Source of the DNA: a virus
Taxonomy: Duplodnaviria; Heunggongvirae; Uroviricota; Caudoviricetes
Virus record (IMG/VR): IMGVR_UViG_2534681899_000007
Reading direction: 5' to 3' (one strand)
Length of the DNA: 19,954 bases
Below, one piece after another: positions 7,271 to 16,733 of the stretch; the first letter of the stretch is position 1, and every line of letters starts with the position of its first letter. A program made the translations under genes and the position numbers. The notes under the pieces were generated by a model that was not told the origin of the DNA, did no database searches, and was given only the letters and a program-made list of their open reading frames with translations.

Positions 7271-8863
7271 ATGGCCGACGAAAACAGACTCAATTCCATT
7301 CTGTGTAAGTTTGACGCGGACTGGATGGCGAGCGATGAAGCCAGAACCGAGGCGACAAATGACCTGTATTTTAGCCGAGTGTCGCAATGGGATGACTGGC
7401 TATCAAACTACACTACCCTGCAATATCGCGGACAATTCGATGTTGTTCGCCCGGTGGTCAGGAAGCTGGTCGCAGAGATGCGCCGTAACCCTATCGACGT
7501 TCTCTTCAGACCAAAAGACGGAGCTAATCCTGATGCTGCCGATGTGTTGATGGGAATGTATCGTACCGATATGCGCCATAACACGGCAAAAATTGCCGTT
7601 AACGTTGGCGTTCGTGAGCAGATAGAGTCCGGCGTTGGTGCATGGCGTCTGGTCACACAGTACGAAGACAACGATCCAACAAGCAACAACCAGGTAATCA
7701 GACGCCTGCCAATCCATGAAGCCTGCTCACACGTCATATGGGACGCCAACAGCAAGCAGATGGATAAGAGCGACGCTAAGCACTGCACGGTGATTAACGC
7801 CTTGTCGCGCAATGGCTGGAAAGAGTTCGCAGAGGATTACGGTATTGATCCGGACACCTTGCCATCTTTCCAGAATCCGAACGATACATGGCTGTTTCCG
7901 TGGGTATCGAATGATGTCGTCTACGTCGCTGAGTATTACGAGGTCGAAGAGAAGAAAGAGAAAGTCTTCATCTACCGCGACCCGCTGACAGGTGAGCCGG
8001 TAAGCTATTACCAGCAGGATATCAAAGACGTCATCGACGACCTGGCTAATCGTGGATTCATTAAGGTAGCAGAGCGCAAGGTGAAGCGTCGGCGTGTGTA
8101 TAAGTCGATCATCACCTGTACGCAGATACTGAAAGACCGCGAGAAGATAGCCGGAGAGCATATTCCAATCGTTCCAGTGTATGGTGAATGGTCATTCGCT
8201 GGTGACAAGGAGTGCTACGAAGGAGTGGTAAGGCTGACGAAAGACGGTCAACGCCTTCGTAACATGATCATGTCGTTCAACGCCGATATTGTTGCTCGTT
8301 CACCGAAGAAGAAACCGACCTTCTTCCCTGAGCAAATCGAAGGCTACGAATACATGTACGGTGGAAATGATGACTATCCGTACTATCTGCAGAACAGGAC
8401 CGATGAAAACGGTAACGACCTGCCGATTGGTCCAATCTCCTACATGGAAAACCCTGAAGTGCCGCAAGCCAACGCTTACATGCTTGAGGCAGCCACCAAC
8501 GCAGTGAAAGAGGTGGCTAGTCTTGGAGTGGATGCGCAGGCGGCAAATGGTCAGGTCGCTTTCGATACCGTCAATCAACTGAACATGCGGGCAGACCTTG
8601 AGACATACGTGTTTCAGGATAACCTGGCTACCGCAATGCGACGTGATGGCGAGATTTATGCCTCAATGGTCAACGATATTTATGACGTTCCTCGCCATGT
8701 AACGCTGACTCTTGAAGACGGAAGCGAGAAAGACGTTCAACTCTACGCGCAAGTTGTAGATTATCCAAACCGTATGCCTGTTGGTAGCGGTAACCAGTTG
8801 GCGAAGTGGAACGGTTGGAATTACTTCCACCGGAAGGAACCTTGCGATAACGGGAGCGAATAA
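7271..8863 (+). CDS. Portal protein (P22 gp1-like), C-terminally shortened or chimeric: 530 aa versus about 725 aa
   Basis: N-terminal roughly 490 aa closely resemble P22 portal as recalled ([18 protein letters not shown]..., [13 protein letters not shown]..., [22 protein letters not shown]...). The last roughly 35 aa do not, and the ORF stops immediately before gp10. Confidence 0.8.
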   Translation: MADENRLNSILCKFDADWMASDEARTEATNDLYFSRVSQWDDWLSNYTTLQYRGQFDVVRPVVRKLVAEMRRNPIDVLFRPKDGANPDAADVLMGMYRTDMRHNTAKIAVNVGVREQIESGVGAWRLVTQYEDNDPTSNNQVIRRLPIHEACSHVIWDANSKQMDKSDAKHCTVINALSRNGWKEFAEDYGIDPDTLPSFQNPNDTWLFPWVSNDVVYVAEYYEVEEKKEKVFIYRDPLTGEPVSYYQQDIKDVIDDLANRGFIKVAERKVKRRRVYKSIITCTQILKDREKIAGEHIPIVPVYGEWSFAGDKECYEGVVRLTKDGQRLRNMIMSFNADIVARSPKKKPTFFPEQIEGYEYMYGGNDDYPYYLQNRTDENGNDLPIGPISYMENPEVPQANAYMLEAATNAVKEVASLGVDAQAANGQVAFDTVNQLNMRADLETYVFQDNLATAMRRDGEIYASMVNDIYDVPRHVTLTLEDGSEKDVQLYAQVVDYPNRMPVGSGNQLAKWNGWNYFHRKEPCDNGSE

Positions 8864-10282
8864 ATGCCGATTCAGCAACTTCCGCTTATGAAAGGTGTCG
8901 GCAAAGACTTTCGAAACGCCGACTATATCGACTATTTGCCAGTGAATATGCTGGCTACACCCAAAGAAATCCTGAACAGCAGCGGATATCTTCGCTCATT
9001 CCCGGGCATTGCCAAACGTTCTGATGTGAACGGTGTATCGCGCGGAGTCGAGTACAACATGGCGCAGAATGCTGTATATCGCGTGTGTGGCGGCAAGCTG
9101 TACAAAGGCGAAAGTGAAGTCGGTGATGTTTCAGGAAGTGGTCGTGTATCAATGGCGCATGGTCGGACATCACAGGCGGTAGGCGTTAATGGTCAACTGG
9201 TCGAGTATCGCTATGATGGCACGGTTAAAACCGTCTCAAACTGGCCTGCAGACAGCGGATTTACGCAGTATGAGTTAGGTTCGGTTCGTGACATTACTCG
9301 CTTACGTGGGCGTTATGCGTGGTCAAAAGACGGCACTGATTCATGGTTTATCACTGACCTTGAAGACGAATCGCATCCTGACCGCTACAGCGCACAATAT
9401 CGCGCAGAATCGCAGCCGGACGGTATCCTCGGCATCGGAACATGGCGAGACTTCATCGTCTGCTTTGGTTCATCGACGATTGAATATTTCTCCCTGACTG
9501 GCGCAACCACCGTTGGTGCTGCTTTGTATGTAGCCCAGCCATCGCTGATGGTGCAGAAAGGCATTGCCGGAACCTACTGCAAAACGCCGTTTGCTGACTC
9601 GTATGCGTTTATCAGCAATCCGGCAACAGGTGCTCCGTCTGTATACATCATCGGCTCCGGTCAGGTATCACCAATCGCCAGCGCGAGCATTGAGAAAATC
9701 CTCCGCTCCTACACTGCTGATGAACTGGCTGATGGCGTGATGGAATCGTTGCGATTTGATGCGCATGAGTTGCTGATTATCCATCTTCCGCGCCATGTTC
9801 TCGTGTACGACGCATCTTCAAGCGCCAATGGTCCGCAATGGTGTGTGCTGAAAACAGGCCTGTATGACGATGTGTACCGCGCTATCGACTTCATTTACGA
9901 AGGCAATCAGATAACGTGCGGAGATAAGCTGGAGTCCGTGACCGGGAAATTGCAGTTCGATATCAGCAGCCAGTACGACAAGCAGCAGGAACACCTGCTG
10001 TTTACTCCGTTGTTCAAAGCGGATAACGCCAGAGTGTTTGACTTTGAGGTTGAATCGTCAACTGGCGTTGCGCAGTATGCTGACCGCCTTTTTCTCTCTG
10101 CAACCACTGACGGCATCAATTACGGGCGTGAGCAGATGATTGAGCAGAATGAACCGTTCGTTTACGACAAACGCGTTTTGTGGAAGCGAGTAGGGCGCAT
10201 CAGGAAAAATGTTGGCTTCAAATTGCGCGTTATCACGAAGTCACCTGTCACTCTGTCTGGCTGCCAGATAAGGATTGAGTAA
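8864..10282 (+). CDS. P22 gp10-like head completion / tail hub protein (472 aa)
   Basis: Full-length ORF recognised as P22 gene 10 product ([16 protein letters not shown]...SGCQIRIE), of the same length. Confidence 0.88.
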   Translation: MPIQQLPLMKGVGKDFRNADYIDYLPVNMLATPKEILNSSGYLRSFPGIAKRSDVNGVSRGVEYNMAQNAVYRVCGGKLYKGESEVGDVSGSGRVSMAHGRTSQAVGVNGQLVEYRYDGTVKTVSNWPADSGFTQYELGSVRDITRLRGRYAWSKDGTDSWFITDLEDESHPDRYSAQYRAESQPDGILGIGTWRDFIVCFGSSTIEYFSLTGATTVGAALYVAQPSLMVQKGIAGTYCKTPFADSYAFISNPATGAPSVYIIGSGQVSPIASASIEKILRSYTADELADGVMESLRFDAHELLIIHLPRHVLVYDASSSANGPQWCVLKTGLYDDVYRAIDFIYEGNQITCGDKLESVTGKLQFDISSQYDKQQEHLLFTPLFKADNARVFDFEVESSTGVAQYADRLFLSATTDGINYGREQMIEQNEPFVYDKRVLWKRVGRIRKNVGFKLRVITKSPVTLSGCQIRIE

Positions 10283-10983
10283 TGGCGGATTCATCACTGA
10301 ATAATCCTGTCGCGGTTCAGGCTGCGCGCCTTGATGCTTCAATTTTGCCACGCAATATATTCAGCCAGTCTTACCTGCTGTATGTCATAAATCAGGGTGC
10401 TGATGTTGGCGCAATTGCCGGGAAGGCAAATCAGGCTGGTCAGGGCGCTTACGATGCTCAGGTAAAAAACGATGAACAGGACGTCGAACTGGCAGATCAC
10501 GACGCAAGAATCACCGCAAACACAAAAGCGATAAATCTCCTTGAGGTCAGGTTAACAACCGCCGAAGGGAAGATAGTCGTACTACGTAGCGATGTTGATT
10601 ACTTGCTGGATGAGGTTATCGATATTCAGGCGCATCTGGTCACTGTTGACCAAAGACTGGATGGCGTAGAAAGCGATGTATCTGACATTAAGAGTGATTA
10701 CGTATCGAAAACCGTAACCGAATCGCAGTCTCTTGCGTCACCGCTGGATGTAAAAACATCATATTCAGTTGATGGAATTCAGGTTATTGGAGCAAGAAAT
10801 ACCGGATGGACTGCAGCCACAGGTACACCTCTTCTTGGCTCATTCAACGCTAACCAGTCATACACAGTCGGCACTACGTACACACAATCCGAAGTCGCAG
10901 CACTCGCTACAGGTTTGCAGCAGGCGCGGCAGCGTATTCTGGCGCTTGAAACGGCACTTAGATTACATGGGCTGATTGACTGA
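10282..10983 (+). CDS. P22 gp26-like tail needle (233 aa)
   Basis: Length and sequence ([27 protein letters not shown]...; heptad-rich coiled coil) match the P22 tail needle; synteny after gp10. Confidence 0.88.
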   Translation: MADSSLNNPVAVQAARLDASILPRNIFSQSYLLYVINQGADVGAIAGKANQAGQGAYDAQVKNDEQDVELADHDARITANTKAINLLEVRLTTAEGKIVVLRSDVDYLLDEVIDIQAHLVTVDQRLDGVESDVSDIKSDYVSKTVTESQSLASPLDVKTSYSVDGIQVIGARNTGWTAATGTPLLGSFNANQSYTVGTTYTQSEVAALATGLQQARQRILALETALRLHGLID

Positions 10984-11438
10984 TGATTACATTCAAACCA
11001 ACGCGAAACATCGACCTGATAGAATCCGTAGGAAATCACCCTGACATTATCGCCGGGAGCAACAACGGTGATGGATACGACTACAAACCTGAATGCCGTT
11101 ACTTTGAGGTTAACGTGCACGGGCAGTTCGGCGGAATTGTTTACTATCAGGAGATTCAGCCGCTGACCTTTGATTGCCACGCCATGTACCTGCCAGAGAT
11201 TCGCGGATTCAGCAAGGAAATTGGGCTGGCGTTCTGGCGATACATTCTGACTAACACCACCGTTCAGTGCGTAACATCGTTCGCTGCACGCAAATTCCGA
11301 CACGGTCAGATGTACTGCGCAATGATTGGCCTTAAGCGTGTAGGAACCATCAAGAAATACTTCAAAGGCGTGGATGACGTGACTTTTTACAGCGCAACAC
11401 GCGAAGAACTAATCGACTTCCTGAATCACGGGAGATAG
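10983..11438 (+). CDS. P22 gp14-like virion assembly protein (151 aa)
   Basis: Position between gp26 and gp7 as in P22; start overlaps the gp26 stop (TGATG). Confidence 0.7.
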   Translation: MITFKPTRNIDLIESVGNHPDIIAGSNNGDGYDYKPECRYFEVNVHGQFGGIVYYQEIQPLTFDCHAMYLPEIRGFSKEIGLAFWRYILTNTTVQCVTSFAARKFRHGQMYCAMIGLKRVGTIKKYFKGVDDVTFYSATREELIDFLNHGR

Positions 11439-11440
11439 CC

Positions 11441-12133
11441 ATGTTATATGCATTTAAGCTGGGCAGAAAACTGCGCGGCGAGGAACCTTATTGCCCTGAA
11501 AAAGGCGGGAAAGGTGGCAGCTCTGATAAAAGCGCAAAGTATGCCGCAGAAGCTCAGAAGTATGCCGCAGACCTGCAAAATCAGCAGTTCAACACCATCA
11601 TGAACAACCTGAAGCCGTTTACTCCTCTGGCTGATAAGTATGTCGGCAGCCTCGAGAACTTATCGTCTCTGGAAGGGCAAGGTCAGGCACTTAACCAGTA
11701 TTACAACTCTCAGCAGTACAAAGATCTTGCTGGTCAGGCTCGTTATCAGAGTCTGGCGGCAGCGGAAGCAACAGGTGGATTAGGTTCCACCGCAACCAGT
11801 AATCAGTTAGCAACAATCGCACCAACGCTAGGTCAGCAATGGCTATCTGGACAAATGAACAATTACAACAACCTGGCAAATATCGGTCTTGGCGCTCTTC
11901 AGGGGCAGGCAAACGCCGGGCAAACATATGCCAACAACATGAGTCAGATTTCACAGCAAAGCGCGGCGCTGGCGGCGGCAAACGCCAACCGACCGTCAGC
12001 ATTGCAGCAGGGTGTTAGTGGTGCTGCATCCGGTGCGCTTTTGGGTGGTGGCATAGCCAGTGCTCTCGAGCTATCAACTCCGTGGGGTGCTGGTATCGGT
12101 GCTGGTCTTGGTCTGCTTGGCTCGTTGTTTTAA
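11441..12133 (+). CDS. P22 gp7-like ejection (DNA transfer) protein
   Basis: 230-aa ORF MLYAFKLGRKLRGEEPYCPEKGGKGG...; Gln/Ala/Gly-rich with a Gly-rich hydrophobic C-terminus, as in P22 gp7. Confidence 0.85.
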   Translation: MLYAFKLGRKLRGEEPYCPEKGGKGGSSDKSAKYAAEAQKYAADLQNQQFNTIMNNLKPFTPLADKYVGSLENLSSLEGQGQALNQYYNSQQYKDLAGQARYQSLAAAEATGGLGSTATSNQLATIAPTLGQQWLSGQMNNYNNLANIGLGALQGQANAGQTYANNMSQISQQSAALAAANANRPSALQQGVSGAASGALLGGGIASALELSTPWGAGIGAGLGLLGSLF

Positions 12134-12143
12134 GGGGTAATCA

Positions 12144-13559
12144 ATGGCTACGTGGCAACAGGGTATTAATTCTGGTGGTTTTCTGGCTGGCATTGGTGCG
12201 CAAAACGAGAATGCGCCAAAGGCAAGCGACATTAACGCAACGCTTGGTCTGATCCGCGAAAACAATGAACTGGCTCGCTCAGGTGCAAATAACGTTGGTC
12301 TGACCGCGTTACGTGGTCTGGCTGGAGTTGCTGATATTTATAAGCAGGAACAGCAACAGAAAGCGATTAGTGCGTTCAATAAGGTTCACGCTGATGCATG
12401 GGCTTCTGGTGATCCATCGGGACTATTTAAGTTTGCCCAGGAAAATCCAGCGTTTGTTGCACAGGCACAACAGGCGTTTTCCGGTCTTAATGAGCAGCAA
12501 CGCAACGATATGGGCGATTTAGCCATGAGGGCTAACGTCGCTCTTTCTCAGGGACCGGAAGCCTACAGTAAATTCATTACTGACAACAAGGACAGGTTAA
12601 ATCGCGTTGGTGCTAATGCTGACTGGATGATTCAGACAGGTATCCAGAATCCAGAGCAGCTATCACACATGCTGACTACTATGTCTCTCGGTGCGCTTGG
12701 GCCAGAAAAGGCGTTTGCTGTTCAGGATAAGATGGCTGGTCGTGAAATTGACCGAGGCAGGCTGGCAGAGACAATCCGCAGCAATCAGGCTGGTGAAGCA
12801 CTTCAGGCGAGAGGGCAAAACCTTTCCTATCAGTCAGCAATGACTGGGCACAATATCGCAGCACAACGCTTGGCTCTGGATCAGCAAGAGTTCGGGTTTA
12901 AGATGCAGCAAGCGCAGGAAAAGGCTCAGCAGTTGATTAGCGAAGCACCTAAGCTGTCAGTAAACATGGAAAAAGGCATCGAGACGGCTGTAAACAATGC
13001 CACAGCATCATCAAACTCAGCCAATTCTATGAGTGCGCTTGCTCAACAGTTCAGAGCAGAAAAACCAACGACAGGTTTGTTCGGTAACGCACAGAACATG
13101 TTCGCAAAACTTACCGGAAGCGATACGACATTGCGTGATTTGCGCATTCGCCAAAATGCCCTTGTTAACAGTCAGGTTCTTAAATTCCTACCTCCCGGCC
13201 CCGCAACGGATAAAGACGTTGAGATCGTTCGTCAGGGTGCACCAACTGACATGGATAACCCTGAGACGGTCGCAAGATGGCTTGATGCTATGGCAAACCT
13301 TGAGCGACGAAACGCGCAGTTTAATGAGTTTAAAGCCGAGTGGATGAGCGCGAATGGCAACCCTGGACAATCGCGTAATGGCGGTCAGATATTGGGGTTG
13401 GATGTTAAAAAAGGTGAATCATTGGGGAGTGCCGTTAAGCGGTATATGTCAATGAATACTGACGCAGCGCCAGCACAAGATTCGACACCTTCAGGAGAAC
13501 CACGGAATCAGGTTGGATCATATACATCAAAATCAGGCATTCAATTTACGGTGGAATGA
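12144..13559 (+). CDS. P22 gp20-like ejection protein (471 aa)
   Basis: Same length and position as P22 gp20. Confidence 0.85.
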   Translation: MATWQQGINSGGFLAGIGAQNENAPKASDINATLGLIRENNELARSGANNVGLTALRGLAGVADIYKQEQQQKAISAFNKVHADAWASGDPSGLFKFAQENPAFVAQAQQAFSGLNEQQRNDMGDLAMRANVALSQGPEAYSKFITDNKDRLNRVGANADWMIQTGIQNPEQLSHMLTTMSLGALGPEKAFAVQDKMAGREIDRGRLAETIRSNQAGEALQARGQNLSYQSAMTGHNIAAQRLALDQQEFGFKMQQAQEKAQQLISEAPKLSVNMEKGIETAVNNATASSNSANSMSALAQQFRAEKPTTGLFGNAQNMFAKLTGSDTTLRDLRIRQNALVNSQVLKFLPPGPATDKDVEIVRQGAPTDMDNPETVARWLDAMANLERRNAQFNEFKAEWMSANGNPGQSRNGGQILGLDVKKGESLGSAVKRYMSMNTDAAPAQDSTPSGEPRNQVGSYTSKSGIQFTVE

Positions 13560-15397
13560 TGAAAGTAACTGCAAACGGTAAGACATTTACCTTTCCTGAT
13601 GGTACGAGCACCGAAGATATTGGCACCGCCATTGATGAGTATTTTGCTGGTCAGGCTGTTCAGCAACAAACAGTTAATCAGGCCAATAATGCACCAACAC
13701 GGGAAGAACCATCATTGATCCAACAAGCTGGCGATTGGCTCACTGGTGGTCAAAGTGCAGGGCAAATTGCAGAACAGGCTGGTCGTGGTCTGGTAAACAT
13801 ACCATTTGACGTATTGCAGGGCGGCGCAAGTCTGATTAATGCAATCAGTCAGGGGCTTGGTGGACCCAAGGTTTTGGATGATGTTTATCGTCCAGTAGAC
13901 AGACCGACAGACCCCTACGCGCAAGCCGGTGAAACAATTGGTGGGTATTTAGTTCCAGGAGTTGGAACGGCAGGAAGCATGGCTATTGGATCACTGGCAG
14001 AGGCCGCAAATCAGAAAGGCGATTTCGCACAAAATGCAGCTAAAAATGCCGGAGTTAACCTTGCCACTCAGGGTGTTCTTTCCGCAGCAGCAAAGGGAAT
14101 AGGGCGTGGAATAACGGCTATAAAAGGTGATATTGCGCCAGAAGTGGCGAAGAAAATTACCACATCAGAATCGATGGGCGTGACACCAATGACATCTGAT
14201 GTTATCCCGCCGAAAAATGCTTTCACTCGCGGCCTAACTCAGGATGCCGAGGGGGCTTTGCTCGGGACAGGCTCAAAGCGAGCGGAGCAATATGCAACGC
14301 GTAGTAAGCTGGTAAGTAATTATTTTGACCGTTTTGGTGAGTACAACCCTGATGATGTGGTGAAATCTCTTACCACCACGTTAAGGGGGCGGAAGGATGC
14401 CGCTGGCGCTGTTATCAATGACGTCACCAATAAAATGGGTAATGCCGCAGTTGATACCACAAATACCATGAATGCTCTGAATACAGCGATCGCAAGACAG
14501 GAACGGCTTGGGACGTCTGCCAATCAAAGCCTGCTTACATCCTTGCGTAACCTACGTGAAGAATTAGCAAACCCTGCAACTGATTTGGATGTTACGTTTG
14601 ATCTCTTGCGTCAGCACAGAACAGCATTTAGATCTAATGTTCAGGGAGATGCTATGGTCTTCCCCAACCAGGCAAAAGCAGCTACCAATATGGTAGAGAA
14701 TGCAATGTCAAAAGACCTTCGTAACGCAGTTGCTAAAAACCTCGGTGCATCAGACGCAGCAAAATACCTTAAAGCAAATTCCGATTATGCAAACGTTTAT
14801 AATAAGGTGCTTAATAAAAACATTGCTAACAAGCTCAACAAGGCAAGCAGTGAAGCCAGTCCTGAACTTATAAATACCGTTGTATTAAGCAGAAAACCAT
14901 CTGACGTGAAACGAATATGGAGCGCCCTGGATGATAAAGGGAAAGATGCTATGCGTGCAGCTTACGTCAGCAAAATAGCGGAAAAGGCCGGTGACTCTCC
15001 AGCCAAGTTCATCACTGAAGTTAATAAGCTGAAATCTCAGTCAGGCGGTGAAATTTACAACACTATTTTTTCTGGAAAGCACATGAAAGAGCTTGATGCT
15101 CTTCATGAAGTTCTACAGCAAACAGCAAGGTCAGACACCGCAAATGTAGTAACTCAGACGGGGCAATCACAAGCCAACAGGATAAGGACGATTGGCGCAA
15201 CTGCGACTCTTGGTGTATCAATGGGGCTTGAGGCTGGCTTTGGTGCAATGATGCGTTTGTATGAGTCCAAAGCAGCAAGGAATGCTCTCTTACGTCTGGC
15301 AAACACTAAAGCTGGAACGCCAGCCTATGAAAGAGCGTTGAGTAACGCTGCAAATGCCATCAGGCCGCTGCTTGCTACTGAGGCAACACAGCAGTAA
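13556..15397 (+). CDS. P22 gp16-like ejection protein (613 aa)
   Basis: Length and position match P22 gp16; ATGA overlap with gp20. Confidence 0.85.
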   Translation: MMKVTANGKTFTFPDGTSTEDIGTAIDEYFAGQAVQQQTVNQANNAPTREEPSLIQQAGDWLTGGQSAGQIAEQAGRGLVNIPFDVLQGGASLINAISQGLGGPKVLDDVYRPVDRPTDPYAQAGETIGGYLVPGVGTAGSMAIGSLAEAANQKGDFAQNAAKNAGVNLATQGVLSAAAKGIGRGITAIKGDIAPEVAKKITTSESMGVTPMTSDVIPPKNAFTRGLTQDAEGALLGTGSKRAEQYATRSKLVSNYFDRFGEYNPDDVVKSLTTTLRGRKDAAGAVINDVTNKMGNAAVDTTNTMNALNTAIARQERLGTSANQSLLTSLRNLREELANPATDLDVTFDLLRQHRTAFRSNVQGDAMVFPNQAKAATNMVENAMSKDLRNAVAKNLGASDAAKYLKANSDYANVYNKVLNKNIANKLNKASSEASPELINTVVLSRKPSDVKRIWSALDDKGKDAMRAAYVSKIAEKAGDSPAKFITEVNKLKSQSGGEIYNTIFSGKHMKELDALHEVLQQTARSDTANVVTQTGQSQANRIRTIGATATLGVSMGLEAGFGAMMRLYESKAARNALLRLANTKAGTPAYERALSNAANAIRPLLATEATQQ

Positions 15398-15421
15398 CGT
15401 ATGGGGAATTGGATTCAATCG

Positions 15422-15811
15422 TTAACATTTTCTTTTTACTTTTCCAACAAAAGCTTTGGTTGAATCCATATTCCCATAACCAGAAATGGTTTTCGACATT
15501 AAAACTGTTCCATTAGGATGTATTACCCATGAGTCGATAACTCGTTGAGTTTCGCCATTCGCGCCGATTCCAATGATGGAGTTTTTAGACAATGCTTTGT
15601 AAGCCATGCCGCCCGCATCCGTCCCAGAATATGTGATACTGGCATCTTCACCGTTTGTCTTAATGATGAATGTTCCACTAAAACCATCTTCTTCCGGTTG
15701 AAAATTATTTCGTTCTGAATAGCTTATTCCGTGCATATCTCCAACGACCCAGCACTCTGCTGAGACAGAAAACGAGAAGACAAGGAAAGCCATTGCTATA
15801 ATCAATTTCAT
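15422..15811 (-). CDS. Small Sec-exported protein (129 aa), beta-rich, Cys near both ends of the mature chain; moron in the mnt operon
   Basis: Signal peptide MKLIIAMAFLVFSFSVSA with cleavage after SVSA. AAGGG Shine-Dalgarno 5 nt upstream of the ATG. AT-rich relative to flanking phage genes. Lies 15 nt downstream of the other moron ORF. Confidence 0.65.
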   Translation of the reverse strand: MKLIIAMAFLVFSFSVSAECWVVGDMHGISYSERNNFQPEEDGFSGTFIIKTNGEDASITYSGTDAGGMAYKALSKNSIIGIGANGETQRVIDSWVIHPNGTVLMSKTISGYGNMDSTKAFVGKVKRKC

Positions 15812-15826
15812 TTTAAGCCCTTATTG

Positions 15827-16162
15827 TTATTGATTCTTTTTGCACGGAAATGTTTTTCCTACTGCTAGGGCGGTTAGTATAACTGCACTCTCATTTCTTG
15901 ATTCTGGGTTTTTGTTTAGATATTTCTCAACGATATCGGTGTATTGATACATGTCAACGCCATCAGGAGGACATAGAGAACCAATTAGTATCAATGAGTC
16001 AGTTACTCCGCGCAAATATCCAGTAATGTAAAGCGATGAAAAATCATCACCCTTTTTACCTTGTTGAATGTTGTAAAGAAGGTCATTACCCGTTTGAAGC
16101 TCGCGCAGCTCAGCACTGGAAGAAGAGACAACTGCTAACAAGAACAGTGATAGAAATCTCAT
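15827..16162 (-). CDS. Small Sec-exported protein (111 aa), probably helical with 2 Cys; possible Rap1a/Tai4-like periplasmic immunity-type fold (tentative)
   Basis: Signal peptide MRFLSLFLLAVVSSSSA. Its start codon overlaps the mnt stop (ATGA) and an AAGGA Shine-Dalgarno lies inside the mnt 3' end. Mature part contains ...GYLRGVTDSL...SLCPPDG...ILTALAVGKTFPC. Confidence 0.65.
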   Translation of the reverse strand: MRFLSLFLLAVVSSSSAELRELQTGNDLLYNIQQGKKGDDFSSLYITGYLRGVTDSLILIGSLCPPDGVDMYQYTDIVEKYLNKNPESRNESAVILTALAVGKTFPCKKNQ

Positions 16163-16413
16163 TTCAAATCCTTTTCATAAATCTTTTTAAGTGTCTCAAA
16201 CACTATAGCCTTGAACTGCTCAGCCTGCTGATCAGCCAAGCGTTCAGCTTCGTCGCGATATCCTGTAATCGGTGATGGTTTTGATAGTGCATCCTGAACG
16301 ATTTGTAATAACTCAGAGTTCATTGACCTTCCGTTAGCCTCGGCTCTTAATTTCAATTTTTCTCTTACTTCCAAAGGCATACGGAAGTTAAAGTGCGGAT
16401 CATCTCTAGCCAT
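16159..16413 (-). CDS. mnt: Mnt repressor (P22 immI maintenance repressor, ribbon-helix-helix)
   Basis: MARDDPHFNFRMPLEVREKLKLRAEANGRSMNSELLQIVQDALSKPSP... is nearly identical to P22 Mnt as recalled. Transcribed divergently from arc/ant. Confidence 0.93.
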   Translation of the reverse strand: MARDDPHFNFRMPLEVREKLKLRAEANGRSMNSELLQIVQDALSKPSPITGYRDEAERLADQQAEQFKAIVFETLKKIYEKDLK

Positions 16414-16435
16414 GCCATCACTCCAAGTTAGTGTA

Positions 16436-16487
16436 TTGACATGATAGAAGCACTCTACTATATTCTCAATAGGTCCACCGTGGACCT
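16436..16487. promoter_or_regulatory. immI control region: Pant (-35 TTGACA 16436-16441, -10 TATATT 16459-16464), Arc operator (16441-16461) and Mnt operator (16471-16487), with divergent Pmnt overlapping
   Basis: ATGATAGAAGCACTCTACTAT matches the P22 arc operator. AGGTCCACCGTGGACCT is a perfect 17-bp palindrome matching the P22 mnt operator. Confidence 0.85.
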
Positions 16488-16503
16488 ATATTGTGAGGTG
16501 AAC

Positions 16504-16665
16504 ATGAAAGGAATGAGCAAAATGCCACAGTTCAATTTGCGGTGGCCTAAAGAAGTATTGGATTTGGTACGCAAGGTGGCGGAAGAAAATGGTCGGTCTG
16601 TTAATTCTGAGATTTATCAGCGAGTAATGGAAAGCTTTAAGAAGGAAGGGCGCATTGGTGCGTAA
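16504..16665 (+). CDS. arc: Arc repressor (53 aa, ribbon-helix-helix)
   Basis: MKGMSKMPQFNLRWPKEVLDLVRKVAEENGRSVNSEIYQRVMESFKKEGRIGA matches P22 Arc. The longer track ORF from 16441 starts inside the operator and is rejected. Confidence 0.93.
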   Translation: MKGMSKMPQFNLRWPKEVLDLVRKVAEENGRSVNSEIYQRVMESFKKEGRIGA

Positions 16666-16667
16666 AG

Positions 16668-16733
16668 TTGAAGCCCCAACTGCTGTAACAGTCAGGGCTT
16701 CGGCATCAACAAATCGGATTAGGAAATATTGAC
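16668..16733 (-). ncRNA. sar: Candidate sar-like antisense RNA covering the ant ribosome-binding site (tentative)
   Basis: P22 encodes a small antisense RNA (sar) across the arc-ant intercistronic region. Here a minus-strand TATACT -10 overlaps the ant start and a GAAGCCC...GGGCTTC hairpin lies at 16666-16702. Confidence 0.35.

Noticed and set aside
7151-8578. Multiple minus-strand and alternative-frame ORFs (61-144 aa) inside the terminase and portal genes
   Set aside because: They are antisense or out-of-frame to strongly supported phage structural genes, with low-complexity or Cys/Arg-rich translations; shadow ORFs.
8955-15302. Minus-strand and alternative-frame ORFs inside gp10-gp16 (for example 9709-9894, 10779-11303, 11691-12002, 13712-13924, 15063-15302)
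   Set aside because: Fully embedded in confidently identified plus-strand genes; no independent support.
15402-15476. Imperfect inverted repeat (TGGGGAATTGGATTCAA / TTGAATCCATATTCCCA) spanning the gp16 stop and the 3' end of the 129-aa gene
   Set aside because: The arms are about 41 bp apart and there is no T-run, so it is not a convincing terminator. It might mark the moron insertion boundary, but one repeat pair alone is weak evidence.
16441-16503. N-terminal extension of the arc ORF in the track (start at 16441)
   Set aside because: This ATG is the first triplet of the Arc operator within the promoter. Arc homology begins at the internal Met (16504), which gives the 53-aa protein.
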